A DNA stretch of 63,808 nt, counting the filler. It is 6 parts of 6 records of this genome, joined end to end, with 100 filler letters (N's around TTAATTAATTAA, not from the genome) between each part and the next. Parts side by side here need not be neighbours in the genome. Positions count along the whole stretch, not along the records: positions 18,644 to 40,659 come from SRR31156797_20654; 5 more parts are not named here. The stretch is one strand, 5' to 3'. The translations under genes and the position numbers were made by a program. Position 1 is the first letter of the stretch. The number at the start of each line of letters is the position of its first letter. Positions 29,438 through 39,169 of the stretch are shown one piece after another. The notes below the pieces were generated by a model, which made no database searches, was not told the DNA's origin, and saw nothing but the letters and a program-made list of their open reading frames with translations.

Positions 29438-29463
29438 AAAAAGCCTGCAATGGATGCAGGCTT
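29438..29463 (-). terminator. Intrinsic terminator of metA
   Basis: AAGCCTGCA-ATGGA-TGCAGGCTT with an A-run on its left (T-run on the minus strand). Confidence 0.75.
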
Positions 29464-29486
29464 GAGGTTTATTCGCTTGAACAGTT

Positions 29487-30428
29487 TTAGTCGTCTTTGG
29501 TGAACTTATCTTCACTGAAGTCGTCCAGATCGAACGGTGTTTGCTGGTAAACACAGTAGTTTAGCCAATTTGAGAACAGCAGGTGACCATGGCTTCGCCA
29601 GCTCGCTCTTGGAGGATTATCTGGGTTGTCATTCGGATAATAGTTGACTGGAATCATTGGTTCCATGCCTTCGCCTAAATCACGGATATACTCGTTATGC
29701 AGCGTATGCGCGTCATATTCAGGGTGGCCTGTAACAAACACATTACGCTTGTCTTTGGTTGACGCTAAGTAAACGCCAGCCATATCCGATGTCGCCAGAA
29801 TGTCTAAATCGGTGTGTTCTGTCAGGTATTCTGCATCAAAGTCCGCGTACCGCGAATGAGGTGCTAGAAAAGTATCATCAAACCCACGAAGGAGAGGGTG
29901 GAAGGGGTGATGAATATCGTGATGATAAACACCAGACAGCTTCTCCTTACGAGTGCGTTTAGGCAGATTATACAAAAGCTTTAAACCTGCCTGAGCTGCC
30001 CAACACACATAAAGCGTTGAGGTAACATGCGATTTAGCCCAGCTCATAACGCGTTGTAAGTGATCCCAGTAGGCAACATCTTCAAATTGCACCAAACCTA
30101 ATGGCGCGCCAGTAATAATCAAACCATCAAAGTTGCGATCTTTGACTCTGTCAAACTGACGGTAGAAAGCGTTTAAATGCTCTTCTGGCGTATTTTTACT
30201 TGGACGATCATCAATTCGCAGTAGCTCGATATCAAGCTGCAGTGGTGAGTTTGAAAGCAGGCGCAGGAACTGTGTCTCTGTCTCAATCTTTTTCGGCATG
30301 AGATTTAAGATCAGAACTTTTAGTGGTCGTATTTCCTGCGTTGATGCACGAGATTCAGGCATAACAAAGATGTTTTCTTTACGCAAAACATCGGTGGCAG
30401 GTAGTTGATCGGGAACCTTAATTGGCAC
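29487..30428 (-). CDS. metA: Homoserine O-succinyl/acetyltransferase
   Basis: [28 protein letters not shown] and TGHPEY motifs; GTG start. Confidence 0.97.
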   Translation of the reverse strand: MPIKVPDQLPATDVLRKENIFVMPESRASTQEIRPLKVLILNLMPKKIETETQFLRLLSNSPLQLDIELLRIDDRPSKNTPEEHLNAFYRQFDRVKDRNFDGLIITGAPLGLVQFEDVAYWDHLQRVMSWAKSHVTSTLYVCWAAQAGLKLLYNLPKRTRKEKLSGVYHHDIHHPFHPLLRGFDDTFLAPHSRYADFDAEYLTEHTDLDILATSDMAGVYLASTKDKRNVFVTGHPEYDAHTLHNEYIRDLGEGMEPMIPVNYYPNDNPDNPPRASWRSHGHLLFSNWLNYCVYQQTPFDLDDFSEDKFTKDD

Positions 30429-30453
30429 AGCTTTCTCCCTTTAGCTAATTTAT

Positions 30454-30477
30454 GGACGTCTATACATCTAGACTTAT
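30454..30477. promoter_or_regulatory. Three tandem MetJ boxes
   Basis: GGACGTCT ATACATCT AGACTTAT versus consensus AGACGTCT, in 8-bp register upstream of metA. Confidence 0.85.
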
Positions 30478-30598
30478 AGCCTAACTGACCAAAGATGTCG
30501 ATAGCAAAATGCAGACAAGGTTAAATTAAGTTAAAATTCATCGCATCTATGGGGCGGAATATTGAACCCTTATTAATTTTATATCTCCGAAGCGATTC

Positions 30599-30973
30599 AT
30601 GACCAACACTCTTACTCTTATTCGTGGTTTACCCGGTTCAGGTAAATCGACATTGGCAAAAACCTTTGAAGCAGTGCATTTAGAAGCGGACATGTATTTT
30701 GTCGACTCTGATGGCGTCTATGAATATCGGGCTGAAAGAATCTCTGACGCTCATCACTGGTGCCAAAAACAAACGGAATACTGGTTGAAGCAGGGGAAAG
30801 ATGTCGTTGTTTCAAACACCTTTGTTAAACAGTGGGAAATGTCAGCTTATAAGAAACTAGCCAAGAAATATCGAGCTAAGCTTAACGTGATTGTTTGCCG
30901 GCAACAGTATGAAAATATTCATGGCGTGGACAACGAAACTGTTGAACGCATGCGCAGAGACTGGCAAGAATAA
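30599..30973 (+). CDS. Small P-loop kinase-like protein (AAA_33 type)
   Basis: RGLPGSGKST Walker A, VVVSNT and NIHGV motifs. Confidence 0.85.
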   Translation: MTNTLTLIRGLPGSGKSTLAKTFEAVHLEADMYFVDSDGVYEYRAERISDAHHWCQKQTEYWLKQGKDVVVSNTFVKQWEMSAYKKLAKKYRAKLNVIVCRQQYENIHGVDNETVERMRRDWQE

Positions 30974-31005
30974 TCCCTGAGGCTAAATCAGAGTGATACC
31001 ATTTC

Positions 31006-31031
31006 ATGTGCAGATGCCCTTATCTGCACAT
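31006..31031. terminator. Hairpin between convergent genes
   Basis: ATGTGCAGAT-GCCCTT-ATCTGCACAT. Confidence 0.65.
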
Positions 31032-31035
31032 CATC

Positions 31036-32175
31036 TCAGTAGTGTTCGCTTCGATTGGTTTTAGTCAGTTGGTACCAGGCTATGACAAACCAAATCGCAG
31101 TCTGTCCCCATAACAGCGTCCATTGTGGTGCTATTTGACGCCAATCAGCGCCCATTTGGTTTAATGCGAGAAAACCCTGTATGGCGGGAGTACTCGGAAA
31201 GAGCTGAGAAAGCCAAAGCAATGGTGGTGGAATCGCTTCTATTGGCCAGATAAATCCAGCCGAGAAAACCAGCGGCATAGAGCTGAGTAACACCACTAAG
31301 GTGACCAGTTCTCTCCTAGGTGTTACGGTTCCGAGCCACAAACCGATAAAACATGCGGTGAGTAGAAAAGGCAGCAGTAGCGTTAAAATTTCAAATGGAC
31401 GCCCAATGATATTAACGCCGTGCATACTAAAACTAGCACCGAAGTAATACATACTTAGCACATAGTAAATCGGGACTAATACCAGTGTTCTCAACACGAT
31501 AAGCTGCAAGCCGGATAACTGACTCCAGTATCCGCGTTGGTGTTTTTGTGTCCCTATCATCATCCCAGACGCAATGACCATGGTCTGTTGCAAAATCAGA
31601 ACAAAAACCGCAGGCACCACATAATCCACATACCCCATTCTTGGGTTGAACGTTGGCTTGAGGTTTTGCTGAGTGGCTGCGTAATGCTGACTTGCTGACA
31701 CCAGAGGCTCGCCATTGACGATTAACCGAGACACCTTGGTTTTGGCTGCAAGCGTTCCGCCTGCTTGTGCTAAACCTTCAACTAAAGTGCCATAAACCAG
31801 AAAGTAAGAGGCATCACCGGCATAGGCAAGCGTGGTACTTTTACCCATCATTAAGTCTTTGTAGAAGTTCTCTGGAATCACAAGTATTCCACTGACTTGT
31901 TGAGCTAGAAATGCCTGCTTGGCCTCTTCAATCGAGTGGTCTCTACGCATAACTTTGACTTGCGGGGTCGCATCAACCATACGTTCTAGCTGATAGCTTG
32001 CCTGACTTTTGTCCAAGTTCACCACTGACAGAGTTTGCTCTCGTGGCGTTTGCTGACTATAAGGAAGCGGATAGAGAAAAGAGTAAAAAACAACGCCGCC
32101 AAATACGGTTAGCACGACGACAGGATTCGAAAATAGCGCTTTTAACTCTTCGATAAACAGCTTAAACCAGTTCAT
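31036..32175 (-). CDS. ABC-2 type permease (YbhR/YbhS-like)
   Basis: N-terminal TM, periplasmic domain (VVNLDKS), FNP..GY..YVVP and AGFIWP motifs. Confidence 0.85.
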   Translation of the reverse strand: MNWFKLFIEELKALFSNPVVVLTVFGGVVFYSFLYPLPYSQQTPREQTLSVVNLDKSQASYQLERMVDATPQVKVMRRDHSIEEAKQAFLAQQVSGILVIPENFYKDLMMGKSTTLAYAGDASYFLVYGTLVEGLAQAGGTLAAKTKVSRLIVNGEPLVSASQHYAATQQNLKPTFNPRMGYVDYVVPAVFVLILQQTMVIASGMMIGTQKHQRGYWSQLSGLQLIVLRTLVLVPIYYVLSMYYFGASFSMHGVNIIGRPFEILTLLLPFLLTACFIGLWLGTVTPRRELVTLVVLLSSMPLVFSAGFIWPIEAIPPPLLWLSQLFPSTPAIQGFLALNQMGADWRQIAPQWTLLWGQTAIWFVIAWYQLTKTNRSEHY

Positions 32176-33313
32176 GATCACCTCGAGTTAATGATTCTGA
32201 GCGTAGATGCTTTTTAATTAGCAGTAGAGACAGTAACAGCGGGATTAAATATCCGACCATTGGCCAAAGCTGCTTTAATGAATCGTAGCTGTTTAAACCG
32301 TAGCTAACCTGATCCACCTGAACATCAATATAGTGGCTGACAGGCAGCAGGCTACGCCATACTTGCGCCACAGTGCTCATCTCCGAGGTGGGAAAAGTAA
32401 TGCCCATAAAAGCAAAACTCGGTGCTGTGTAAGCGGCTGCGAAACTCATTGCCCGTGCAGGATCGAGCGTAAGGAAAAAAAACAAACTGCCCATGATCAT
32501 GCAGGCTAGAATGGTGAACCATTGAGCAATAATGATGGTGAAAAGCTGACCTTGCATTGGCCACTGTAATATTTGATAGAACCAGATTACAAAAGCGATG
32601 CCTTGGATAGCAAATACAATTGCATAGGGCGTTAACGTATTTATAAGCTGTGATGTTGGATGCGTACTTAACCAGCGACTTAACCCATACTGGCGGTGGT
32701 TCATGGCTAAAATAAGAATGGTGCAAACGACGATCGCTATTTGCCAAATTGCCGGAACAATCGCAGAGACCAGAAACTGAGCGTAGTTGGTGTTCTTATT
32801 AAACAGCGGGGTGATCTGAGTCCGAATCGGCACAGCTTTACTCATCGCATTCAGTGTCGTTGTTTGTCCGCCTGATAAGGTTTTAACAACATCGATTTGC
32901 GCATTGAATGTCGATTGTGCCTGCACAACAGCGGAGTTGATTAGCCTCCCGACCAGAATCATTTGGCTATTGTAAAACGTGGTGACGCTGGGCTGCTCCT
33001 GACGGTAAATCGACTTATCAAATTGTCTTGGGATCACCACATACGCATAGATATCGCTGCTTCGCATGTCGTCACTCGCTTGGGCTGTATTCGTGTAGTG
33101 ACGAGTCACCGCAAGCGTGGATGTGGCGTCTATTTCTCTGATTAGTTGGCGAGACAGGTGACTATGAGACAAATCGACCACACCGATTGGGAGATCACGA
33201 ACGATCGATTGCGAGAATATCCACCACAGTGTCACGACAAGCGCAATGGGAACCCAAGTTAAACACGAGAGTAACCATCGGTCTCTTTTCAGCAGCTGCC
33301 ATTGCGATACCAT
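32162..33313 (-). CDS. ABC-2 type permease (YbhS-like)
   Basis: LPIGVVDL, FNKNTNYAQFL and FMGITFP motifs. Confidence 0.85.
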   Translation of the reverse strand: MVSQWQLLKRDRWLLSCLTWVPIALVVTLWWIFSQSIVRDLPIGVVDLSHSHLSRQLIREIDATSTLAVTRHYTNTAQASDDMRSSDIYAYVVIPRQFDKSIYRQEQPSVTTFYNSQMILVGRLINSAVVQAQSTFNAQIDVVKTLSGGQTTTLNAMSKAVPIRTQITPLFNKNTNYAQFLVSAIVPAIWQIAIVVCTILILAMNHRQYGLSRWLSTHPTSQLINTLTPYAIVFAIQGIAFVIWFYQILQWPMQGQLFTIIIAQWFTILACMIMGSLFFFLTLDPARAMSFAAAYTAPSFAFMGITFPTSEMSTVAQVWRSLLPVSHYIDVQVDQVSYGLNSYDSLKQLWPMVGYLIPLLLSLLLIKKHLRSESLTRGDHELV

Positions 33314-33325
33314 CAGTCAATTACC

Positions 33326-34300
33326 TTACAGCTTAACCACGACACTCATACCCATTCTCAACCCTTTTACTGGCTGTTCTGGGCGCGCTTCGACTTCAAA
33401 TGTTCTTAAATCAAAACCTTGAGTCGCATCCGTCGAACGCCAGGTTGCAAAATCGCCCATTACGGCAATATGCGTAACTTTAAAAGGCAAGGTTTTATCT
33501 AGTGCAGGAATGTAAGCATCGAACTGAGCACCTTTTTCAAAGTGTGAAAGCAGATCTTCTCGAACATTCAGTACCGCCCAAGAGTCTTCGGTATCGACAA
33601 CCGTAACGACCGGGAATCCCTGAGGTGCAAGCTCGCCACTCTGCATTAAAACTTGAGAGACTTCACCATTAAACCAGCTCGAAATTTGGGTGTCAGCCAC
33701 ATAAGCTTCTACTTCTGCTACCGCACCTTCTGCCATGCGAACTTTTTCTGCCGCCGCTTGCTTGGTTTCATCTCGCGCACCTTCTTGCGCCATTTTGTAC
33801 ATTTGTAATGCTGAGCTTTCGGTGTATTTCGCCGCTTGCCATTGCGTTTGGGCTTCATCTTTTTTCTGTTCTGCTACAACACCATCTTTATACAGGTTAT
33901 TAACTCGAAGATAGGTTTTTTCAGCCAGTTCCGCAGCCGCTTTTGCTTTCAGCCATTGATCTTTGGATGCTTGTATTTGTTGCTCGCGAGCACCATTTTC
34001 TGCTTCCTTGGCTAATGCGCCAGCCGCTTTCTTACTGGCAATCGCCTGATCAAGCTTGGCTTCAATTTCAGGGCTGTGCAGTGTGAAAATGAGTTGGCCT
34101 TTTTCGACCATATCGCCTTTGCGCACATAAACCTGATCAATACGGCCGGGTACTTTCGAAGAAATGCTGTATTGCTGAGACTCGATTTGTCCCTGAAGAT
34201 GAACTGGCTTGGGCTGATAAGCCTGATAAAAGCCATAACCGACCCATGCAGCGGCAGCGATTACCGAGATTGCGACAATGGTTGTTCTTACAGCTTTCAT
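33326..34300 (-). CDS. HlyD-family membrane fusion protein
   Basis: SSKVPGRI..V.V..GD.V.KG lipoyl half-motif, coiled coil, GDFATWR and LRMGMS. Confidence 0.9.
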   Translation of the reverse strand: MKAVRTTIVAISVIAAAAWVGYGFYQAYQPKPVHLQGQIESQQYSISSKVPGRIDQVYVRKGDMVEKGQLIFTLHSPEIEAKLDQAIASKKAAGALAKEAENGAREQQIQASKDQWLKAKAAAELAEKTYLRVNNLYKDGVVAEQKKDEAQTQWQAAKYTESSALQMYKMAQEGARDETKQAAAEKVRMAEGAVAEVEAYVADTQISSWFNGEVSQVLMQSGELAPQGFPVVTVVDTEDSWAVLNVREDLLSHFEKGAQFDAYIPALDKTLPFKVTHIAVMGDFATWRSTDATQGFDLRTFEVEARPEQPVKGLRMGMSVVVKL

Positions 34301-35718
34301 GATGGATCCTTTTCTTCAGCAGTCGATTTGGCTTGTTCAGTTGGTAAGGTAATGGCGGACTGTTTATAATTAACGAATGTGTCCATTTCACTGGTTAAAG
34401 CAAGCAATTTATTTAATGAAATAAGGTAGTTAAAGCTCGCTGCATATTGCTGGGTTTGAATGCTGGCAAGGTAGAGTTCTGCATCTACAACGTCCAACGA
34501 AGTGGATAGTCCCTGAGCAAAAGCTTTTTGTCTTAAGCGCAAATTCTCTTGAGCCAGATTAAGGCTTGAATTTAATCCAGTGACTTCTTCCAACGCTTGC
34601 TCAGCTTCAAGGTAGGTTTTCTTAACCAAAACTTGCAGATCTTGTTTTGCTTGGGCTTTTAAGTAACGAACCTGAGACACGGCGCTGTGAGCAGCTTTTA
34701 CTTGGTCACTTCGGCCACTGTTCTCGAGCAGAGGGACGCTGACACCAATCCCGACGAGCCAGTCAGGTGTCATTTGACCAACGAGTGAATCTTCTTCGTA
34801 TAGGTTGTAGTCACCGTATAAGTAAACTTCAGGATAGTATTTACCATTTTCAGCATCAATCAAGCTGTTGGCTTGCTTCTCTTTGGCGCTAAGAATATCC
34901 AACCCAGGGTAGGTGTTCAAAGTCTGCTCTACAAACGCGTCTATCGGCGGTAAGCTGGAATTGATGAACAGCGTATCTTGTGGTTCAACCGTAGTTTCCT
35001 GACCGAGGATTTCAGACAGAGCACTCTGTGCGATATCTAAGTTTTTCTGGGCTTTCTTACGTTCAACGATGGCTTTATCAAGGGATGCTTCAGCCTGAAG
35101 ACGCTCGACATGGGCAATTTGCCCTTGCTGCTCAAGTTTCAATGCGTTGTCGCGATGTTTTTTCAATCCCTGTTCAACAGAAAATCGGGTATCCAAAACC
35201 TGCTTGGAGAGTACAACACTAAAATAGTACTTGGCTAAGTCTTCATAGCGAGCTTGAACTTCCATCGCCAGCTGGCTCTGCGCTTCTTCCTTTCTACCTT
35301 CAGCTGCATTCTGCGCTGCTGAGATACGCCCGCCAGTAAAAATTGGCCAAACTGCTCTAATGGATGAACTAAAAATATCACGTTCAGAAACGGTAGACGT
35401 CACCGAGCCTATAGAACTCAATAATGCTGCGGGCAAAGGCAGTGTTTGCCCTGTGCTGTGCATAATTTGTTCGCCTGAGAGAGTTACATCATTATCTAAA
35501 CGAGTGAAGTTTGCTCCTAAGCTTATTGAAGGTAAGTTCAGGTTACTTTTTGAATTCGTTAAATGTTCATATCGCTCTACGTTAGAACGCTCGGCAGCGA
35601 GTGAATTATTGTTTTGCTGAAGTATCTCCCAAGCCTGTTGGAATGTTATTGGAGCGGAGTAGGCTGTAGAGACTCCAAGCATAGAGCACATAAAAAAAGC
35701 GAGAGATTTTAGTTTCAT
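34297..35718 (-). CDS. TolC-family outer membrane protein
   Basis: Signal peptide; PIFTGGRI and GLSTSLDVVDAE motifs. Confidence 0.9.
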   Translation of the reverse strand: MKLKSLAFFMCSMLGVSTAYSAPITFQQAWEILQQNNNSLAAERSNVERYEHLTNSKSNLNLPSISLGANFTRLDNDVTLSGEQIMHSTGQTLPLPAALLSSIGSVTSTVSERDIFSSSIRAVWPIFTGGRISAAQNAAEGRKEEAQSQLAMEVQARYEDLAKYYFSVVLSKQVLDTRFSVEQGLKKHRDNALKLEQQGQIAHVERLQAEASLDKAIVERKKAQKNLDIAQSALSEILGQETTVEPQDTLFINSSLPPIDAFVEQTLNTYPGLDILSAKEKQANSLIDAENGKYYPEVYLYGDYNLYEEDSLVGQMTPDWLVGIGVSVPLLENSGRSDQVKAAHSAVSQVRYLKAQAKQDLQVLVKKTYLEAEQALEEVTGLNSSLNLAQENLRLRQKAFAQGLSTSLDVVDAELYLASIQTQQYAASFNYLISLNKLLALTSEMDTFVNYKQSAITLPTEQAKSTAEEKDPS

Positions 35719-35828
35719 GTCTGGCTCAGCAAAAAAGATAAATTAGAGTTAATGCTCTAATTTATTGCCTGTAAAGTCAATGAGTTTTAGAAAGGATAGA
35801 CGTTAATTGCGAATGCAGGTTGAGAATA

Positions 35829-36065
35829 TTAAAAATGATGTTCAGAAGGACAGAAATAACCGGCTCTCCATACTAACTTTTTAGTGCTTTTCATTGTATT
35901 GAGAACTTCTTGGCCCGACATCTGTGGGAAAGAAAACATGACCGACATTTCATCTAAACAAGACGAGCTTGATCCTTCATAGGCGGTAACGTGGGTGAAG
36001 GTAGAGGTAAGTTGGTTGGTTAACATCTTCTTAGAAAGGCAAATTCCCAGATCGTCTCGTTCCAT
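35829..36065 (-). CDS. Small hypothetical protein
   Basis: 78-aa ORF with AGGAG RBS in otherwise empty intergenic space. Confidence 0.55.
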   Translation of the reverse strand: MERDDLGICLSKKMLTNQLTSTFTHVTAYEGSSSSCLDEMSVMFSFPQMSGQEVLNTMKSTKKLVWRAGYFCPSEHHF

Positions 36066-36342
36066 GATAAAGCTCCTGCTGGTCAGTAGGGTTGGTGATA
36101 TTTATCGTTGGTTCAATGATTCACGGTATTTTTAAAACCACTCATACCATTGTTGCTCAATAATTATACGGTTCTAAATTTGAAACTGTCGAAGAAAACA
36201 ACATCTACATTATGTGACTTGTGGCAGGGTTTTAATAATAAAAATTAACTAACTAATTAATTCAATAGTTTATCTACTAGGGTTTTTGTATGTGACTTTG
36301 TTAATGGTGTTTTGTGTTTGTTATGGGGAGTGTTTTGGGTGC

Positions 36343-37308
36343 ATGAAATTTAACATTATCGCGAGTAGACTCAATTTCCGCAAGCGAGTGTTAATCATCA
36401 TGGCTTTGTCTGGCTTGATTGAGTTATTGATTTTGGTCATTGCTGGTTATTTCTATGTGGTTAAACATCAAGAGCAAGATCTGGGGCAAAAAGCGCTCGG
36501 AGTGGCGAGTTTTTTGTCGCGCTCTCCGAACGTAGTGGACATGACAGAGAGTGGACGAGCTTCAGAAGACGAACAATTACGCTATCGGAATTTAACGAAA
36601 CTCTTGGGTGCTGCCTTTATCACCATTGGTGATAAAAAGGGCATACGCTTGGTTCATCCAATTGATGAGCGTATCGGTAAACCGATGGTAGGTGGAGATA
36701 ATTATCGAGCACTCATTCAGGGGGAGTCTTATATCTCTATCGCAGAGGGATCTCTGGGTGAATCTATCCGTGGAAAATCTGCGATTTATGACGACAACGA
36801 TAATGTTATTGGGGTGGTCTCGGTTGGATACTTACTCAGCAACTTGCAGCAGTATATAAAGCCATTTTTAGTGTATTTAGTCTTAGTCACGATGGTTGTT
36901 GTTGTGATTAATTTCGCTGTCGCAAGTTACATCTCGAGGCGTTTTCAGAAGTTTGTTTTAGGATTTGAACCGCTCCAAATTCGTCAATTGCAAGCCCAAT
37001 TAGAAACAACAATGGAAACAATAACTGATGGGGTGTTGGTGATTGATGACAATGGGCTGGTTGTGTCGGTTAACCCTACTGCCTGCATTATATTGGGCGT
37101 CGAAGAGGCTCAGGTAACCAATACATTGTTAACTGAATGGTTACCCGACAGTGATCTTTACACCTTGCTAGAGACCGGGGATACCAATCAAGTCGTAGAG
37201 TTGATTCTTAATGACCATAAAGTGATCGCGAATCGAAGTGCGATTAAGCTTGATGGAAACATTGTTGGTGCGGTTTCCATATTCCGGCTTAAGAATGACG
37301 ACAGTTAG
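36343..37308 (+). CDS. CitA/DcuS-like sensor N-terminal half (TM-Cache-TM-PAS) lacking the kinase core
   Basis: RLVHP...IGKPMVGGD and GSLGESIRGK Cache motifs; GFEP and PAS. Stops at IFRLKNDDS with no HisKA or HATPase domain. Confidence 0.8.
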   Translation: MKFNIIASRLNFRKRVLIIMALSGLIELLILVIAGYFYVVKHQEQDLGQKALGVASFLSRSPNVVDMTESGRASEDEQLRYRNLTKLLGAAFITIGDKKGIRLVHPIDERIGKPMVGGDNYRALIQGESYISIAEGSLGESIRGKSAIYDDNDNVIGVVSVGYLLSNLQQYIKPFLVYLVLVTMVVVVINFAVASYISRRFQKFVLGFEPLQIRQLQAQLETTMETITDGVLVIDDNGLVVSVNPTACIILGVEEAQVTNTLLTEWLPDSDLYTLLETGDTNQVVELILNDHKVIANRSAIKLDGNIVGAVSIFRLKNDDS

Positions 37309-37414
37309 GCGTATGGCTTTAATGTGAAAGTCTGAAGCAAGATTTTGCCTAGACGCGCAATCTATATCTAGCTAAAGTTTAATCGTAAACTTTTTTTTCC
37401 TATGGAGGCCGGTA

Positions 37415-38182
37415 ATGTTTCGTCACTCCGCAATATGGTTACTAAGCTTTTGTTTTTTCTTTACCGGAACAGTGAGTGCATCTACTTTAGAGTCCTTGGT
37501 TTATTACACTGAAGAGTACCCTCCGTTTAATTACCGTGAAGATGGTGAAATTAAAGGGATTGCGGTAGACCTATTGCGCGAAGCCGCAGCTTTATCTGGT
37601 GATACGATTCCTGACAACAACATCATTATGCTGCCTTGGTCTCGCTCCTATCGCTCTGCTTTATTAAAAGAGGACAGTGTTCTGTTTTCGACCACCCGTA
37701 CACCTCATAGGGAAGATTTATTCCAATGGGTCGGCCCTATAGACGTGACTCAAATTGCTGTAATGGCGAAAAAGGGCAGTGGCATTGTGATTAACGAACC
37801 GTTGGATATCGGTAAGTATCGCATTGGTGTGATGCGCGATGATGTTGGCGAGCAGATGTTATTTTCCCTCGGTATTCCAAGAGAATCGATTCAAGAGGCG
37901 CCGAACGTCAGTCGTTTAATTGAGCAACTGTATAAAAACAGAGTGGATTTGATCGTCTATGACCAACGTTCCGCCGGCTGGTTAGCAAATAGAGCGGGGT
38001 ACAGTAAAGACAGTTTTGAGTCGGTTTACGTAATGCAACAAAGCGAAATTTATTATGCGTTCAACAAAAGCGTGGATAAAAAGATAATTAAACAGCTTCA
38101 AAAGAGTTTGGACGCACTAAAAAACACCACAGATGCCAATGGTATCAATCGTTATCAGGCTATCATCAAAGACCATCAATGA
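37415..38182 (+). CDS. Periplasmic substrate-binding protein (family 3-like)
   Basis: Signal peptide; TEEYPPFN, GIAVDLL, PWSR, RT..RE..F.WVGP and YYAFN motifs. Confidence 0.85.
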   Translation: MFRHSAIWLLSFCFFFTGTVSASTLESLVYYTEEYPPFNYREDGEIKGIAVDLLREAAALSGDTIPDNNIIMLPWSRSYRSALLKEDSVLFSTTRTPHREDLFQWVGPIDVTQIAVMAKKGSGIVINEPLDIGKYRIGVMRDDVGEQMLFSLGIPRESIQEAPNVSRLIEQLYKNRVDLIVYDQRSAGWLANRAGYSKDSFESVYVMQQSEIYYAFNKSVDKKIIKQLQKSLDALKNTTDANGINRYQAIIKDHQ

Positions 38183-38413
38183 GCCTTGATTTGTTTCTAT
38201 TTTGATCAATCGTTGATCGAAATGGTTCATTAAAACGGTGATCAATGAAGAGTTCTCTCAAAACTTCGTTTGAATACTGGTGTTTCGACAAAACATCGGT
38301 TATCAATTAATAAGTTATGTCGACATAACCTCATCAGTCATATTTACCTTTGGGTTGACTACAGAGGTTATTTCTATTTTGTGTGATTTTAGCTCAGGAG
38401 CCAACCTTCCATC

Positions 38414-39097
38414 ATGACCAACATATTTGTTGTTGTTGCTTTACTTGTGTTGTTTTTCTATTTCATTCAAAAAGCACTGACACGCCAAAACGAAGATAAA
38501 GACTATTCCTATAAGTCTAAAGGTGCTGTGTTGAACATGAGTGAGGGGGCTTTTTATAATGCTTTAAAAACCGCGGTAGGTGACCACGGTGTCGTGATGG
38601 CTAAAGTCAGTATGGCCAGCGTTATAGCGCCAACCAAAACCAAAAATAAAAAGCAGTGGTTCATCGCTTACAACCGCATCGCTAAAAGTTATTTTGATTT
38701 TGTAGTGTGTGATGCTCGCACATTAGAACCACGAGTCATTATCGAACTGGATGATGGCAAAGAGCTTAAAAAAGGCAAAGTAGATAGAGAAAAACTGATC
38801 ATAAAAGTGTGTAAGTCTGCCAACATACCTCTGATCGGCGCAAATTTAAAACTGAGTTATCAGGTCGCTAAGTTACGACGCTTGCTTGCTGCTCATATCG
38901 ACCTTATTGAACCGGATAAAGAAGTACGCTTTTGTAAGCGTTGTGGTAGCCCAATGATCATAAAAACGGCAAGTCAGGGAGAATTTAAAGGGCGTCGGTT
39001 CTTTACTTGTAGCCGTCAGCCTCATTGTACCTACACGGAGAACTATAACGTTGTTTATGGTTTTGATGATTTTGACGAGAACAATGACCCAGCTTAA
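38414..39097 (+). CDS. DUF2726 protein with C-terminal topoisomerase-type C4 zinc ribbon
   Basis: N-terminal TM; FDFVVCD...IELDD; CKRCGSPM...FFTCSRQPHC. Confidence 0.85.
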   Translation: MTNIFVVVALLVLFFYFIQKALTRQNEDKDYSYKSKGAVLNMSEGAFYNALKTAVGDHGVVMAKVSMASVIAPTKTKNKKQWFIAYNRIAKSYFDFVVCDARTLEPRVIIELDDGKELKKGKVDREKLIIKVCKSANIPLIGANLKLSYQVAKLRRLLAAHIDLIEPDKEVRFCKRCGSPMIIKTASQGEFKGRRFFTCSRQPHCTYTENYNVVYGFDDFDENNDPA

Positions 39098-39169
39098 TCT
39101 TGTTCATTTTGAAGTAGCACTTAATTTTAAGTGATTGTGACAGAGGGCTCTGGCAGCTGAAATTGTCAG

